DNA of 64,000 bases from an uncultured Agathobaculum sp. (GTDB lineage: Bacteria; Bacillota; Clostridia; Oscillospirales; Butyricicoccaceae), in contig CALWJJ010000005.1 of assembly GCA_944380985.1 (NCBI GenBank), forward strand, positions 21,648 through 85,647, given 5' to 3'. Below, one piece after another: positions 10,334 through 19,211 of this stretch; within the stretch, counting starts at the first letter, position 1; every line of letters starts with the position of its first letter. The position numbers and the translations under genes are program-made. The notes beneath the pieces were generated by a model. The model made no database searches. It was given only the letters and a program-made list of their open reading frames with translations, and had not been told where the DNA came from.

Positions 10334-10771
10334 ATGAAGAAAAAAACAAGCGTGACAATTAAAGAGCGGCTGCAACCATACAGGCAAATCGTGCTGTACC
10401 TGTTTTTCGGCGCGTGCTCGATGGCGGTCAATATCGCTGTTTACAGCCTGTGCTTTGCGGGCATGGATATGAGCAATGCGGCCAGTACGGTTTTGGCTTG
10501 GCTGGCCGCGATGCTGATCGCCTTTGTGACAAACCGAGATTTTGTGTTTGAAAGCCGGCGGTCTCGATCGTCCGAGCGGGTAGCCGAGCTGCTCTCTTTT
10601 CTGGCCTGCCGGCTGCTGACCGGCGCGCTGGATGTTGCCATTATGGTGGCTGCGGTCGACTATTTAAGCGGCAGCGGCGTATTTTGGAAAATTGTTTCCA
10701 ATATCATTGTGGTCATCGCCAACTATATAGCGAGCAAATTCTGGATATTCAGGCCGGGCGACAGGGAGTAG
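10334..10771 (+). CDS. GtrA family flippase-like protein
   Basis: YLFFG...VN, AFVTNR.FVF, KIVSNIIVVIANYIASKFWIF; 4 TM, 145 aa. Confidence 0.88.
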   Translation: MKKKTSVTIKERLQPYRQIVLYLFFGACSMAVNIAVYSLCFAGMDMSNAASTVLAWLAAMLIAFVTNRDFVFESRRSRSSERVAELLSFLACRLLTGALDVAIMVAAVDYLSGSGVFWKIVSNIIVVIANYIASKFWIFRPGDRE

Positions 10772-10810
10772 ACGGAAACCTGCGCTACCGGTTTAGATTT
10801 GCAAAGATAA

Positions 10811-10842
10811 AAACAGCGGACGCTTTAAAACGTCCGCTGTTT
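10811..10842. terminator. Bidirectional terminator between convergent gtrA-like and satP-like genes
   Basis: Perfect IR aaacagcggacg-ctttaaaa-cgtccgctgttt. Confidence 0.8.
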
Positions 10843-10890
10843 GTTGTTAAATCGAGTTGATCTTCTGCAGAAAACTTGATCCCGCTTAAC

Positions 10891-11427
10891 TTACAGGTAA
10901 AGAGCGGGGAAAAGGAGGAAGAGCGAAATCACGCCGATAGCTAGGTTAAAGATGCCCGCGAGCTTGGTCAGCCCGGGCTTGCCGGTATACCAGCCAGGGA
11001 TCAGGGTGAGCAGCAGCAGATCGATAACGACCAGGTCGATGCCCAGCGGCCAGACCAGTCCATCCTGGAAGGCGCGCACGGTAAAGACGATGCACAGGAT
11101 AAGGCTGCACAGGAAAAAGTGCGCCATAACCTTTTTGTCTCCGCCTTTGAGGAAAAAGACGCCGACCAGAATCCAGAACAGGCCGAAGAAACCGAATATC
11201 GTGCCGAGGAAGTTGCTGTGGCCACCGCCCACAGAGAATAGGTACATGCAAATAGCGGTAAAAATCTGTGTGCAGCCACCAAAAATGATGGCGATGTGTC
11301 CCAGAGTACGGGTGAGTTTTTCGTGATCGGCGCCCTTGACGCCGACGCCGATCTGCTCCAGACCGAAGCAGATGACCGTAGCAAACAGTCCGAACAGACC
11401 GATCGCTTCAGGATTGATTGGGTTCAT
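10891..11427 (-). CDS. Six-TM membrane protein, SatP/YaaH (GPR1/FUN34/YaaH, acetate/organic-acid channel) family-like
   Basis: NPEAIGLFG resembles the NPAPLGL.G family signature; FGGCTQIF and FLGTIFGFFGLFW also align; GGAGG RBS upstream. Confidence 0.6.
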   Translation of the reverse strand: MNPINPEAIGLFGLFATVICFGLEQIGVGVKGADHEKLTRTLGHIAIIFGGCTQIFTAICMYLFSVGGGHSNFLGTIFGFFGLFWILVGVFFLKGGDKKVMAHFFLCSLILCIVFTVRAFQDGLVWPLGIDLVVIDLLLLTLIPGWYTGKPGLTKLAGIFNLAIGVISLFLLFPALYL

Positions 11428-11987
11428 ACGAACGACCTCCTTATAATTGTGATTGGCAGAAATGCTTGTTTGTCAGATGGCAAACCGGCTTGCGCCAGTG
11501 CAGATCTGAGCGTTATTACAAGCACGCCGCCGCGCTTTGGAGCAATGCGGCAGATCCTGGCGCGGTGGGGTTTTGCAGCCGGTCCAGCGCAGACCCGTTT
11601 GTAAGGGCCGCGTCTGCCGCTGTAAAACGGTATCGCGCTGCAACCATACCGGCCGCATCCGCTTTGGCGGGCAAAAGCGTGCATTGATTTTTTGAGTTTC
11701 CGCTTGTTTTCGCGGCATATTTGCTTGAGCCGCCGCGCGGCGTAGCTGCGGCGGGATTACATATGCTTTTACTGGGAATTATAAGGATAGTATCAATGGA
11801 CTTTGCCTGGCACGCGATCGATTTGTGGTACTGCCGCGGTATGGCAGGCAGCAACCACAGAAAAAGTCGCATCATACTCGAAACACAGTGCAGCTGCAAG
11901 GCTTAACTGCCTCCGAGGGCCTGTCAATTTTGCCGGAAAAGTAAAATATAATGGAAAATATTGCTGGATAAAATAGACTATATTCGT

Positions 11988-12016
11988 ATTATAAAGAATA
12001 TAATTAAAATTGTCAA
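11988..12016 (-). promoter_or_regulatory. Consensus sigma-A promoter facing the satP-like gene, about 550 nt upstream of it
   Basis: Minus strand TTGACA (12016-12011)-17 bp-TATAAT (11993-11988). Confidence 0.65.
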
Positions 12017-12144
12017 CAAAAAAATGGTGAAATACGCGCGCGGCATTATGCAAACTGCGGAATAACAGGCATGCGCATTTTAGCAGAGGTTGGGCAAAGC
12101 GTAATCATAGGTAAAAAATATATTGCTATATTGGATCTACGTAT

Positions 12145-12173
12145 TTGATGTTCGGCGGCGTCGGCTCTATAAT
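12145..12173 (+). promoter_or_regulatory. Sigma-A promoter of MATE gene
   Basis: TTGATG-17 bp-TATAAT. Confidence 0.6.
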
Positions 12174-12196
12174 AAGAATGGAAATACACACAAGAT

Positions 12197-13621
12197 ATGG
12201 TCGGACACAAAATGGAGAAACAACAGGATAACTTGATTACATTACACAGCCGCGGGCCGGGCCAATGGCAGGAGCAGGTGCGTCGGCTGGTATCGCTTAG
12301 CATTCCGGCAATTTTGGCCGAGCTCAGCTCGATGGCGATGCAATATATCGATGCGGCGATGGTAGGCAGTCTGGGCGCCAACGCCTCGGCATCCATCGGG
12401 CTGGTATCGACCACAATCTGGCTGCTGAGTGGACTGTGCATCTCAGCGGCGACCGGGTTTTCCGTTCAGGTTGCGCATCTGATTGGTGCGGGGCGCGACG
12501 CTGAGGCGCGCAATGTATTTCGGCAGGCGCTGCTGGCCGCGCTGGTCATTGGGGTGACGCTTGCCGTCATCGGCGTTTCGATCAGTGCATATCTGCCGGC
12601 ATGGCTCGGAGGAGAGCCGGCGATTAACGGCGATGCTGCAAGCTACTTTTTTATTTATGCGTGTGCGCTGCCCGCCGTTCAGATGCGGCAGCTGGCGGGC
12701 AGCATGCTACAATGCAGCGGCAATATGCGCACCCCCAGCATGCTCAATGCGGCAATGTGCGGCATGGATGTAATCTTTAATGCGCTTCTCATTTTTCCTG
12801 AGTTGTCTGTGCCCGGTTTTGGGCGCATATTGCCCGGCGCAGGGCTGGGCGTTGCTGGAGCCGCGCTCGGTACGGCGTTGGCAGAATGGCTGACTGCGGC
12901 GCTTATGCTGACGGCAGCGTGCTGTTACTCCCCCTTACTACGGCTGCGGCAAAAGGGCCAATGGCGGTTTACCCGGACCTGTCTGCGCAATGCCGCGCGC
13001 ATTGCGCTGCCTATGGCCTTCGAGCACTCGGTCATGTGCGGTGCGCAGATTGCTTCGACCCGTATAGTTGCGCCGCTCGGTACGATCAGCATTGCGGCAA
13101 ATTCGCTTGCGGTCACGGCCGAGAGCCTGTGCTATCTGCCGGGTTACGGCATTGCGACCGCGGCGACAACGCTGGTCGGCCAGAGCCTTGGCGCGGCGCG
13201 GGGCGATCTTGCCAGGCGGTATGCCCGGCTGTCCACGCTTTTTGCCGCGCTGGTGATGGGTGGCATGGGCGTTTTCATGTATCTGTGCGCCCCGTTTGTA
13301 TTCCAGCTGCTTACATCTGACCCCGCTGTGCGTGCGCTTGGCGTCCATGTGCTGCGGATTGAGGCGGTGGCAGAGCCGCTGTATGCCGTCTCCATTGCGG
13401 CAGCCGGGGCGATGCGCGGGGCTGGGGATACGCTTATTCCGAGCTTGCTCAACCTGGTGAGCATGTGGGGCGTGCGCATTACGGCAGCCGCAATGCTCGC
13501 GCCTCGGCTCGGGCTGATCGGCGTCTGGCTGGCGATGTGCGGAGAGCTTTGCGTGCGTGGGCTGCTGTTTTTGATACGGCTGCTGCGCGGCAAATGGTTG
13601 ACGCGGACACTCCGACTCTGA
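12197..13621 (+). CDS. MATE family efflux transporter
   Basis: YIDAAMVGSLG, LQCSGNMRTPS, TTLVGQSLGA, GAMRGAGDT motifs; 12 TM; start may be 12212. Confidence 0.93.
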   Translation: MVGHKMEKQQDNLITLHSRGPGQWQEQVRRLVSLSIPAILAELSSMAMQYIDAAMVGSLGANASASIGLVSTTIWLLSGLCISAATGFSVQVAHLIGAGRDAEARNVFRQALLAALVIGVTLAVIGVSISAYLPAWLGGEPAINGDAASYFFIYACALPAVQMRQLAGSMLQCSGNMRTPSMLNAAMCGMDVIFNALLIFPELSVPGFGRILPGAGLGVAGAALGTALAEWLTAALMLTAACCYSPLLRLRQKGQWRFTRTCLRNAARIALPMAFEHSVMCGAQIASTRIVAPLGTISIAANSLAVTAESLCYLPGYGIATAATTLVGQSLGAARGDLARRYARLSTLFAALVMGGMGVFMYLCAPFVFQLLTSDPAVRALGVHVLRIEAVAEPLYAVSIAAAGAMRGAGDTLIPSLLNLVSMWGVRITAAAMLAPRLGLIGVWLAMCGELCVRGLLFLIRLLRGKWLTRTLRL

Positions 13622-13756
13622 ACAAGATGTCAATCTATACCAGCCAGCAGTGCCCGACCCAGTAGGCGTTTAAGAATTTTCTGCCCAAGATTTGTATAAA
13701 AACACCGCTCCGCACATCTTGCGTGCAAAAGCGGTGTTTTTTGATGGCGGACAGCT

Positions 13757-14638
13757 TTAGAACATGCCGCGCAGTCGTTTGAGAAAGGCATCGGCAGCTT
13801 TGGAAAAAATCTGGTATTTTTTCCAGACAAGGCAGGTTTGGGCCGTAAGTGTTGGGGAAAAGGGCCGAAAGCATAGGCTGCTGCCCCTTGTGTTGATGAG
13901 TTTATCCAAACACAGCGCGTAGCCAAGGCCCTCATCTACCAGAAGCGAGGCGTTGTAAACCAGATTGTAGGTCGCCACAATGTGCATTTGTGACTGATCG
14001 GTTTTCAGCCACTGGGAAAGCGTGTGCAGGTCCCCCTGCTGGTGGGAGATAATCAGCGGTTTGCCCCAAAGATCTTCCGGGCAGACGGTCGCCTTTTGCG
14101 CCAGGGAAGAATCGTTTCGCATCAGCACGCCCCATGTGTCGTGGAACGGAAGCGGTATCGACTCGTATTTCTGGGTGTCCACGCTTCGGAATAAAAGCCC
14201 GAAATCAATCAGGCCCTTGTCAAGGTATTCGAGCACATATTCGGCGTTGCCGCTTGATATGTGGAAGTGAATATCCGGATAATCTTTTTGGATCTGCTTT
14301 GCCGCCCGGGCAAAATAGCGGACAATATCGGTCTCGCCGGCGCCGATGTATACATCGCCTACGATCGTCTCATCCGAGCGACTGATCTCATCCTCTGTAC
14401 GCTTGACCAGTGATAGGATCTCCTCAGCGCGCTTGCGCAAAATCATGCCCTCCTCGGTTAGCAGCACCTTGCGCGAGCCTTTGGTGCCGCGGATCAGCAG
14501 CTGTTTGCCAAGCTCGGTCTCCATCGCTTTCAGCTGGGTGGAAAGCGTGGGCTGTGACAGGTGCAGCGATGCCGCCGCCGCCGAAATGCTTTGTTCCCTT
14601 GCTACGGCAAGGAAATATTGCAGAACGCGCAGCTCCAT
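13757..14638 (-). CDS. LysR family transcriptional regulator
   Basis: MELRVLQYFLAVAREQSISAAAASLHLSQPTLSTQLKAMETELG HTH; substrate-binding C-terminal domain. Confidence 0.95.
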   Translation of the reverse strand: MELRVLQYFLAVAREQSISAAAASLHLSQPTLSTQLKAMETELGKQLLIRGTKGSRKVLLTEEGMILRKRAEEILSLVKRTEDEISRSDETIVGDVYIGAGETDIVRYFARAAKQIQKDYPDIHFHISSGNAEYVLEYLDKGLIDFGLLFRSVDTQKYESIPLPFHDTWGVLMRNDSSLAQKATVCPEDLWGKPLIISHQQGDLHTLSQWLKTDQSQMHIVATYNLVYNASLLVDEGLGYALCLDKLINTRGSSLCFRPFSPTLTAQTCLVWKKYQIFSKAADAFLKRLRGMF

Positions 14639-14930
14639 TCATATCGCCTCCTTGAGCCAAGTATAACACGACTTTCCATGCTGTTCAATTATGCAAAACA
14701 AATTTTAATAAAAATTTGCTATGGGAGATTTGTTTGTCAAGAGACAAGCCCTGTCAATCTGTCCAGCTGCCGGGGATAACAAAGCTATTCGCAAATTAGG
14801 TATGATTGAAGGAGAAGAAAGGCACAATTTGGACGGAATCGGTGATGATATTAAGATATATTGTGGAAATCAAGTTTTCTGCTACAATGTGTGCAAAACA
14901 CTTAACGAAGGAAAGAGAGGCGGAACGCTT

Positions 14931-15161
14931 ATGCACATCGGCAATCAGAGGCTATGTAGTACCCTGAAAGAGCGCGGCATAAGAAAAGAGGACTTGCGGC
15001 TTGCCGCCGGTCTTACTACCAATATGATCGCCAAGATGTGAGAGGGCAAGAACATCGGCATGGAAATGCTGGATCACATCTGTAAGGCCTTTAATTGCGG
15101 CATTTTTGGTGTGGTCAAATTGAAGCAAGATGAAGTGGCTCACAACAATTATTTTATTTGA
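14931..15161 (+). pseudogene. Xre/Cro-C1 HTH regulator interrupted by an in-frame TGA (15039-15041)
   Basis: MHIGNQRLCSTLKERGIRKEDLRLAAGLTTNMIAKM*EGKNIGMEMLDHICKAFNCGIFGVV; the frame continues with the typical second half (L.KIC.A.NC) after the stop. Confidence 0.7.
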
Positions 15162-15176
15162 TGGAGTTGCCCCAAC

Positions 15177-15620
15177 ATGAATATTTTTGAATTAACCACA
15201 GATAAAAAAAGATATATTGATTTACTTTTGCTTGCTGATGAACAGGAAAGCATGATAGATAAATATTTGGACAAGGGCATTATGTATGTTTTGGAAGATA
15301 ATAGCGTGAAAGCGGTTTGTGTTGTGACAGACGAAAAGGATGGCATTTTGGAAATTAAGAATATTGCAGTAGAACCAGCAAGTCAAAGAAAAGGATATGG
15401 GAAACAACTGATTCGGTTTCTAAAAAGTAAATACAGCGGGTATTTTAAAATATTGCAGGTTGGAACAGGCGATAGCCCACTGACGGTTTCTTTTTACGAA
15501 AACTGCGGTTTTAAAAAAACACATTATATCAAGAATTTCTTTGTTGACAACTACGATCACCCTATCTATGAGTGTGGAAAGCAGCTTATAGATATGATTT
15601 ATTTGCAGATGGAAATCTAA
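15177..15620 (+). CDS. GNAT family N-acetyltransferase (AT-rich)
   Basis: LLLADEQ, EIKNIAV, QRKGYGK acetyl-CoA motif, VGTGDS, FYENCGF. Confidence 0.9.
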   Translation: MNIFELTTDKKRYIDLLLLADEQESMIDKYLDKGIMYVLEDNSVKAVCVVTDEKDGILEIKNIAVEPASQRKGYGKQLIRFLKSKYSGYFKILQVGTGDSPLTVSFYENCGFKKTHYIKNFFVDNYDHPIYECGKQLIDMIYLQMEI

Positions 15621-15735
15621 TTTCTTATTCTATTCATTTTGTACTACTCTCAATCTGCTGAAGATAAGTAGTGTAGAAATACCTTAATTGAATTACTCAA
15701 AGCATGAGGATTGCTAAATCCCAGAAAAAGCAAAG

Positions 15736-15770
15736 AAAAAGCACTGATTCTTGCTGAATCAGTGCTTTTT
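15736..15770. terminator. Bidirectional terminator directly downstream of tRNA-fMet
   Basis: Perfect 15-bp IR aaaaagcactgattc-ttgct-gaatcagtgcttttt. Confidence 0.85.
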
Positions 15771-15772
15771 AG

Positions 15773-15848
<76 letters not shown>

Positions 15849-15932
15849 ATATCGCGCCTTCTTTTGAAGTGCTTATATACTATACCATAGCTAAATGGAA
15901 ATGTCAAGGAATTTTTATGGAAGAAGCGCGAA

Positions 15933-17489
15933 TTATTCTGTGTCCGTGTCATCACTGTTGCTCACGTTGTCTGCCAGCTCAAACCAGAACGCAATGCCCC
16001 CATCTACGTTCTGGACGCCACAGCTGCCGTGCAGCGTGTCCGCAATCGCGCGCACCAGAGAAAGGCCGATACCAGTGCCGCCGGCCTCCCGGGTGCGGGC
16101 ACGATCAGTGCGATAGAATTTTTCCCAAATTTTAGGTAATTCCTCTTCGGGCAGTCCGTCGCCCTCGTTAAATACGGTCAGCCGCACGCGGCCTGCCGTG
16201 CGCGTTGCAGAAATCTCAATTCTGCCGCCTTCCGCCGTATAGCGGATGGCGTTGGACAGATAGTTCATAAGCACCTGTGCAAGCAGGTCGCTGTCCGTGC
16301 GCACAGTAACGCATGTGTTGTCATACTTTACGGTCAGCCCACGGCTTTCGCACAGCACTGCGGTTTTGTGCACGGCCTCAGCGCACAGCGCGTGCAGATC
16401 GACATCCTCGTCATAGGTTTGCTCCGCCCCCAGTTCGAGACGCGACAGGCTGAGCAGCTGCATGACAAGCTTGTTCATGTGCTCGGCCTCGTCCGCGATT
16501 GTGTTACAGTAGTATTTGCGATCCTCAGGATCGTCGGCCACACCGGCGGTCAGACCCTCCGCATAGCCTTGGATGAGCGCGATCGGTGTTTTCAGTTCGT
16601 GCGAGACATTGACGATAAACTCCTGACGCATATTGTCAATGCGTTCTTTTTCCCGGATTTGCTGCGCAAGCTGCTCGTTGGACTGCTTAAGCTCGCCGAT
16701 GGTCTGCTCGAGATAGGCAGACAGCCGGTTGAGCGATTGCCCGAGCTGTCCGACCTCGTCGGTGCTGCCACCCTGGTATTTGCTTGAGAAGTCTAGCTCG
16801 CTCATGCGGTCGGCCAACCCAGCCATAGCAATCAGCGGACGGGTAAACTGCCGCGAGACCAGGTAGGCGAACGCCAGGCAGATCAGTAGCGCGCCGCCGG
16901 CCGCAATGATGAGAAAAGCTAGGTTAAGCGAAGAGTTCTGCTCAATATAGGCATAGGGCATGTAGGCGAACAGGCATTTGTCAACCGCACCATCGAGCGC
17001 GCCGGCCAGACACAGGTACTGGTCGTTATCCCATAGCGTGACGTTTAAAAACTGGTACTCACGGTCGCCGAGCGTGTTCCAGTCGACTGTTTGCGCGATC
17101 GATTGTAGAATGGTATACCCACGGCGCTGCTGGTCAAACAGATCGAAGTCCGGCAGATCAAACGGATCGCCTGCGCTCTGCTCCTGCCCACTTGTATTAG
17201 GAGAGAGAAAGGAGGTATACAGCACTGTGCCGTCCGCGCAAACAACCGCCATGCGGATGGCGGTCTGGCTCTCATAGCTGTCAAGCGCGGTGAGCATTTG
17301 TTTCATGTCGCCGGTATAGCTGCTGCGGATACTCTGATACGCGTCGCGCAGCTCGTTGCGGCGCATGAACATGTAGTAATCCTCATAGAAGAATAGGTTG
17401 AGCACCAGCAGCACGCCGACAAAGACCAGCGAGACCGCGCTGATCGCTACGAAGAATTTAAAACGGATGGAACGACGTTTCATAATCAT
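15933..17489 (-). CDS. Sensor histidine kinase (HAMP-HisKA-HATPase)
   Basis: Two TM segments; H-box VSHELKTP, N-box NYLSNAIRY, FYRTDRAR and GGTGIGL motifs. Confidence 0.95.
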   Translation of the reverse strand: MIMKRRSIRFKFFVAISAVSLVFVGVLLVLNLFFYEDYYMFMRRNELRDAYQSIRSSYTGDMKQMLTALDSYESQTAIRMAVVCADGTVLYTSFLSPNTSGQEQSAGDPFDLPDFDLFDQQRRGYTILQSIAQTVDWNTLGDREYQFLNVTLWDNDQYLCLAGALDGAVDKCLFAYMPYAYIEQNSSLNLAFLIIAAGGALLICLAFAYLVSRQFTRPLIAMAGLADRMSELDFSSKYQGGSTDEVGQLGQSLNRLSAYLEQTIGELKQSNEQLAQQIREKERIDNMRQEFIVNVSHELKTPIALIQGYAEGLTAGVADDPEDRKYYCNTIADEAEHMNKLVMQLLSLSRLELGAEQTYDEDVDLHALCAEAVHKTAVLCESRGLTVKYDNTCVTVRTDSDLLAQVLMNYLSNAIRYTAEGGRIEISATRTAGRVRLTVFNEGDGLPEEELPKIWEKFYRTDRARTREAGGTGIGLSLVRAIADTLHGSCGVQNVDGGIAFWFELADNVSNSDDTDTE

Positions 17490-18166
17490 CCCTCAAAACG
17501 GTAGCCGTAGCCGCGCACGGTTTCGATCATCGCGCCGCACTCACCCAGTTTGGCGCGCAGCTTTTTAACATGGGTATCGACCGTGCGCAAGTCGCCAAAA
17601 TAGTCATAGCCCCAGACGGCGTTTAAGATGCTTTCACGGGAAAGTGCAATCGAACGGTTATTCTTAAAATAGATCAGAAGCTCGTATTCCTTGGGGGTGA
17701 GGTCAACCGGCTGTCCGCCGACCAGCACCTCGCGGCGCAGCTCGTTGATGGATAGTTTGCCAATCTGCGCAACCGGCGCGGCCGAGCGGCCCTCCCGTTT
17801 GAGCAGCGTGCGCACGCGCGCTGCCAGCACAATGGGGGAGAAGGGCTTGGTTACATAATCGTCCGCGCCATCCTCGAGGCCGCGCACCTGATCGGCATCC
17901 TCAGCGCGGGCGGTCAGCATCATAACGGGCAGATGGCTGCCACCGCCCTCTTGGCTGCGCAGCTCGCGCAGCACGTCAAACCCATCCATGCCGGGCATCA
18001 TCACATCCAGAATGGCAAGATCCAGGCTGGGGCGGCGGTTTTCGATCAGCTGCATGGCCGCGCGGCCATCCGCCACCTCCAGAATGGTGTGGCCGTCACG
18101 CTTTAAGAAGTCGCTGACCAGGCGACGAATGCGCGCCTCGTCGTCGGCGATCAAAATCGTAGACAT
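17486..18166 (-). CDS. OmpR/PhoB family response regulator
   Basis: ADDE, LDVMMPG, GADDYVTKPF, RTVDTHVKKLR motifs; overlaps the kinase start. Confidence 0.96.
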   Translation of the reverse strand: MSTILIADDEARIRRLVSDFLKRDGHTILEVADGRAAMQLIENRRPSLDLAILDVMMPGMDGFDVLRELRSQEGGGSHLPVMMLTARAEDADQVRGLEDGADDYVTKPFSPIVLAARVRTLLKREGRSAAPVAQIGKLSINELRREVLVGGQPVDLTPKEYELLIYFKNNRSIALSRESILNAVWGYDYFGDLRTVDTHVKKLRAKLGECGAMIETVRGYGYRFEG

Positions 18167-18261
18167 GGAAAAACCACCTCAATTATCAGATGTTCTCAGT
18201 ATAGCCGTGCAGTTTGTCCGTTTTGTGAACAAACTGAAAACACAATGTGACCGAAAAACGG

Positions 18262-19110
18262 TTATTCCTCCTTGGCCTCCAACACAAAGCGGTAGAGTGT
18301 GTTTTTCTTGACCCCGGCCTCGGCCGAGACCGCCTTGACTGCATCCTTCTGGGTCTGGCCATTGGCCATGCGGCGGCGGACCTCGACAGCCGCGGCGGCA
18401 AGCCGGTCCGGATCGTCTTGCGTGCCGTCCAAAACCGGCGCACCCTGGACGATCAGCACAAATTCGCCGCGCGGCGGGGTTTGGCTGAAGTAGGTGACCG
18501 CCTCGTCCAGCGTCATGCGGAGCGTCTGCTCATGCAGTTTGGTCAGCTCGCGCGAGAGCGAAACGCGCCGCGTTCCGCCGAAGGCTTCGGCCAGGTCGCG
18601 CAGGGTGGCGCACAGTTTGTGCGGCGCCTCGTAAAAAATCATGGTGCGCGATTCGGTTTTCAGCATATCCAGATGTTCGTGCCGCGCTTTTTTATTAACG
18701 GACAAAAAACCCTCAAAGCACCAGCGGCCGGTTGGCAGGCCGCTGACCGCGAGCGCGCACACTGCGGCGCAGCAGCCCGGGATCGGTATGACGGGCACAT
18801 CGCTTTCGGCACACAGTGCGACCAGATCTTCGCCCGGGTCTGAGATCGCGGGCGTGCCCGCGTCGGTCACGAGCGCGCAGCTTTCGCCTGCGCGCAAGCG
18901 GGCGAGTACCTCCTCGCCGCGCGCACGGCGGTTGTGCTCGTAGTAGGAGAGCATGGGCTTTTTGGGCAGGCCGCAGGCGTTTAGCAGCTTTTGGGCGACG
19001 CGGGTATCCTCAGCCGCGATGAAATCGACTGAGGCGAGCACCTCGCGCGCGCGGGGCGACAGATCGCCTAGATTGCCGATGGGCGTGGCGACCAGATATA
19101 GCGTTGACAT
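18262..19110 (-). CDS. rsmI: 16S rRNA C1402 2'-O-methyltransferase
   Basis: LYLVATPIGNLGD, AAEDTR, DAGTPAISDPG, FYEAPH, RELTKLHE; start moved to ATG at 19110. Confidence 0.95.
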   Translation of the reverse strand: MSTLYLVATPIGNLGDLSPRAREVLASVDFIAAEDTRVAQKLLNACGLPKKPMLSYYEHNRRARGEEVLARLRAGESCALVTDAGTPAISDPGEDLVALCAESDVPVIPIPGCCAAVCALAVSGLPTGRWCFEGFLSVNKKARHEHLDMLKTESRTMIFYEAPHKLCATLRDLAEAFGGTRRVSLSRELTKLHEQTLRMTLDEAVTYFSQTPPRGEFVLIVQGAPVLDGTQDDPDRLAAAAVEVRRRMANGQTQKDAVKAVSAEAGVKKNTLYRFVLEAKEE

Positions 19111-19211
19111 AGGCCACTCCTTTGGTGATAGGGAATGAAAACAGAGCGCCGCAGCATCGCACGGGGCGTTAGCCGTGCATAGGCGCCGGGCACGCCCGCT
19201 ATTTTCCGCTC

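Noticed and set aside
11470-12110. GGCAAA/GCAAAC words suggesting a c-di-GMP-I or guanidine riboswitch
   Set aside because: The GNRA tetraloop/receptor and other conserved cores are missing or on the wrong strand
15039-15041. TGA as selenocysteine or programmed readthrough in the Xre gene
   Set aside because: The position corresponds to Gly/Arg, not Cys, and no SECIS-like hairpin is evident; simple nonsense mutation is more likely
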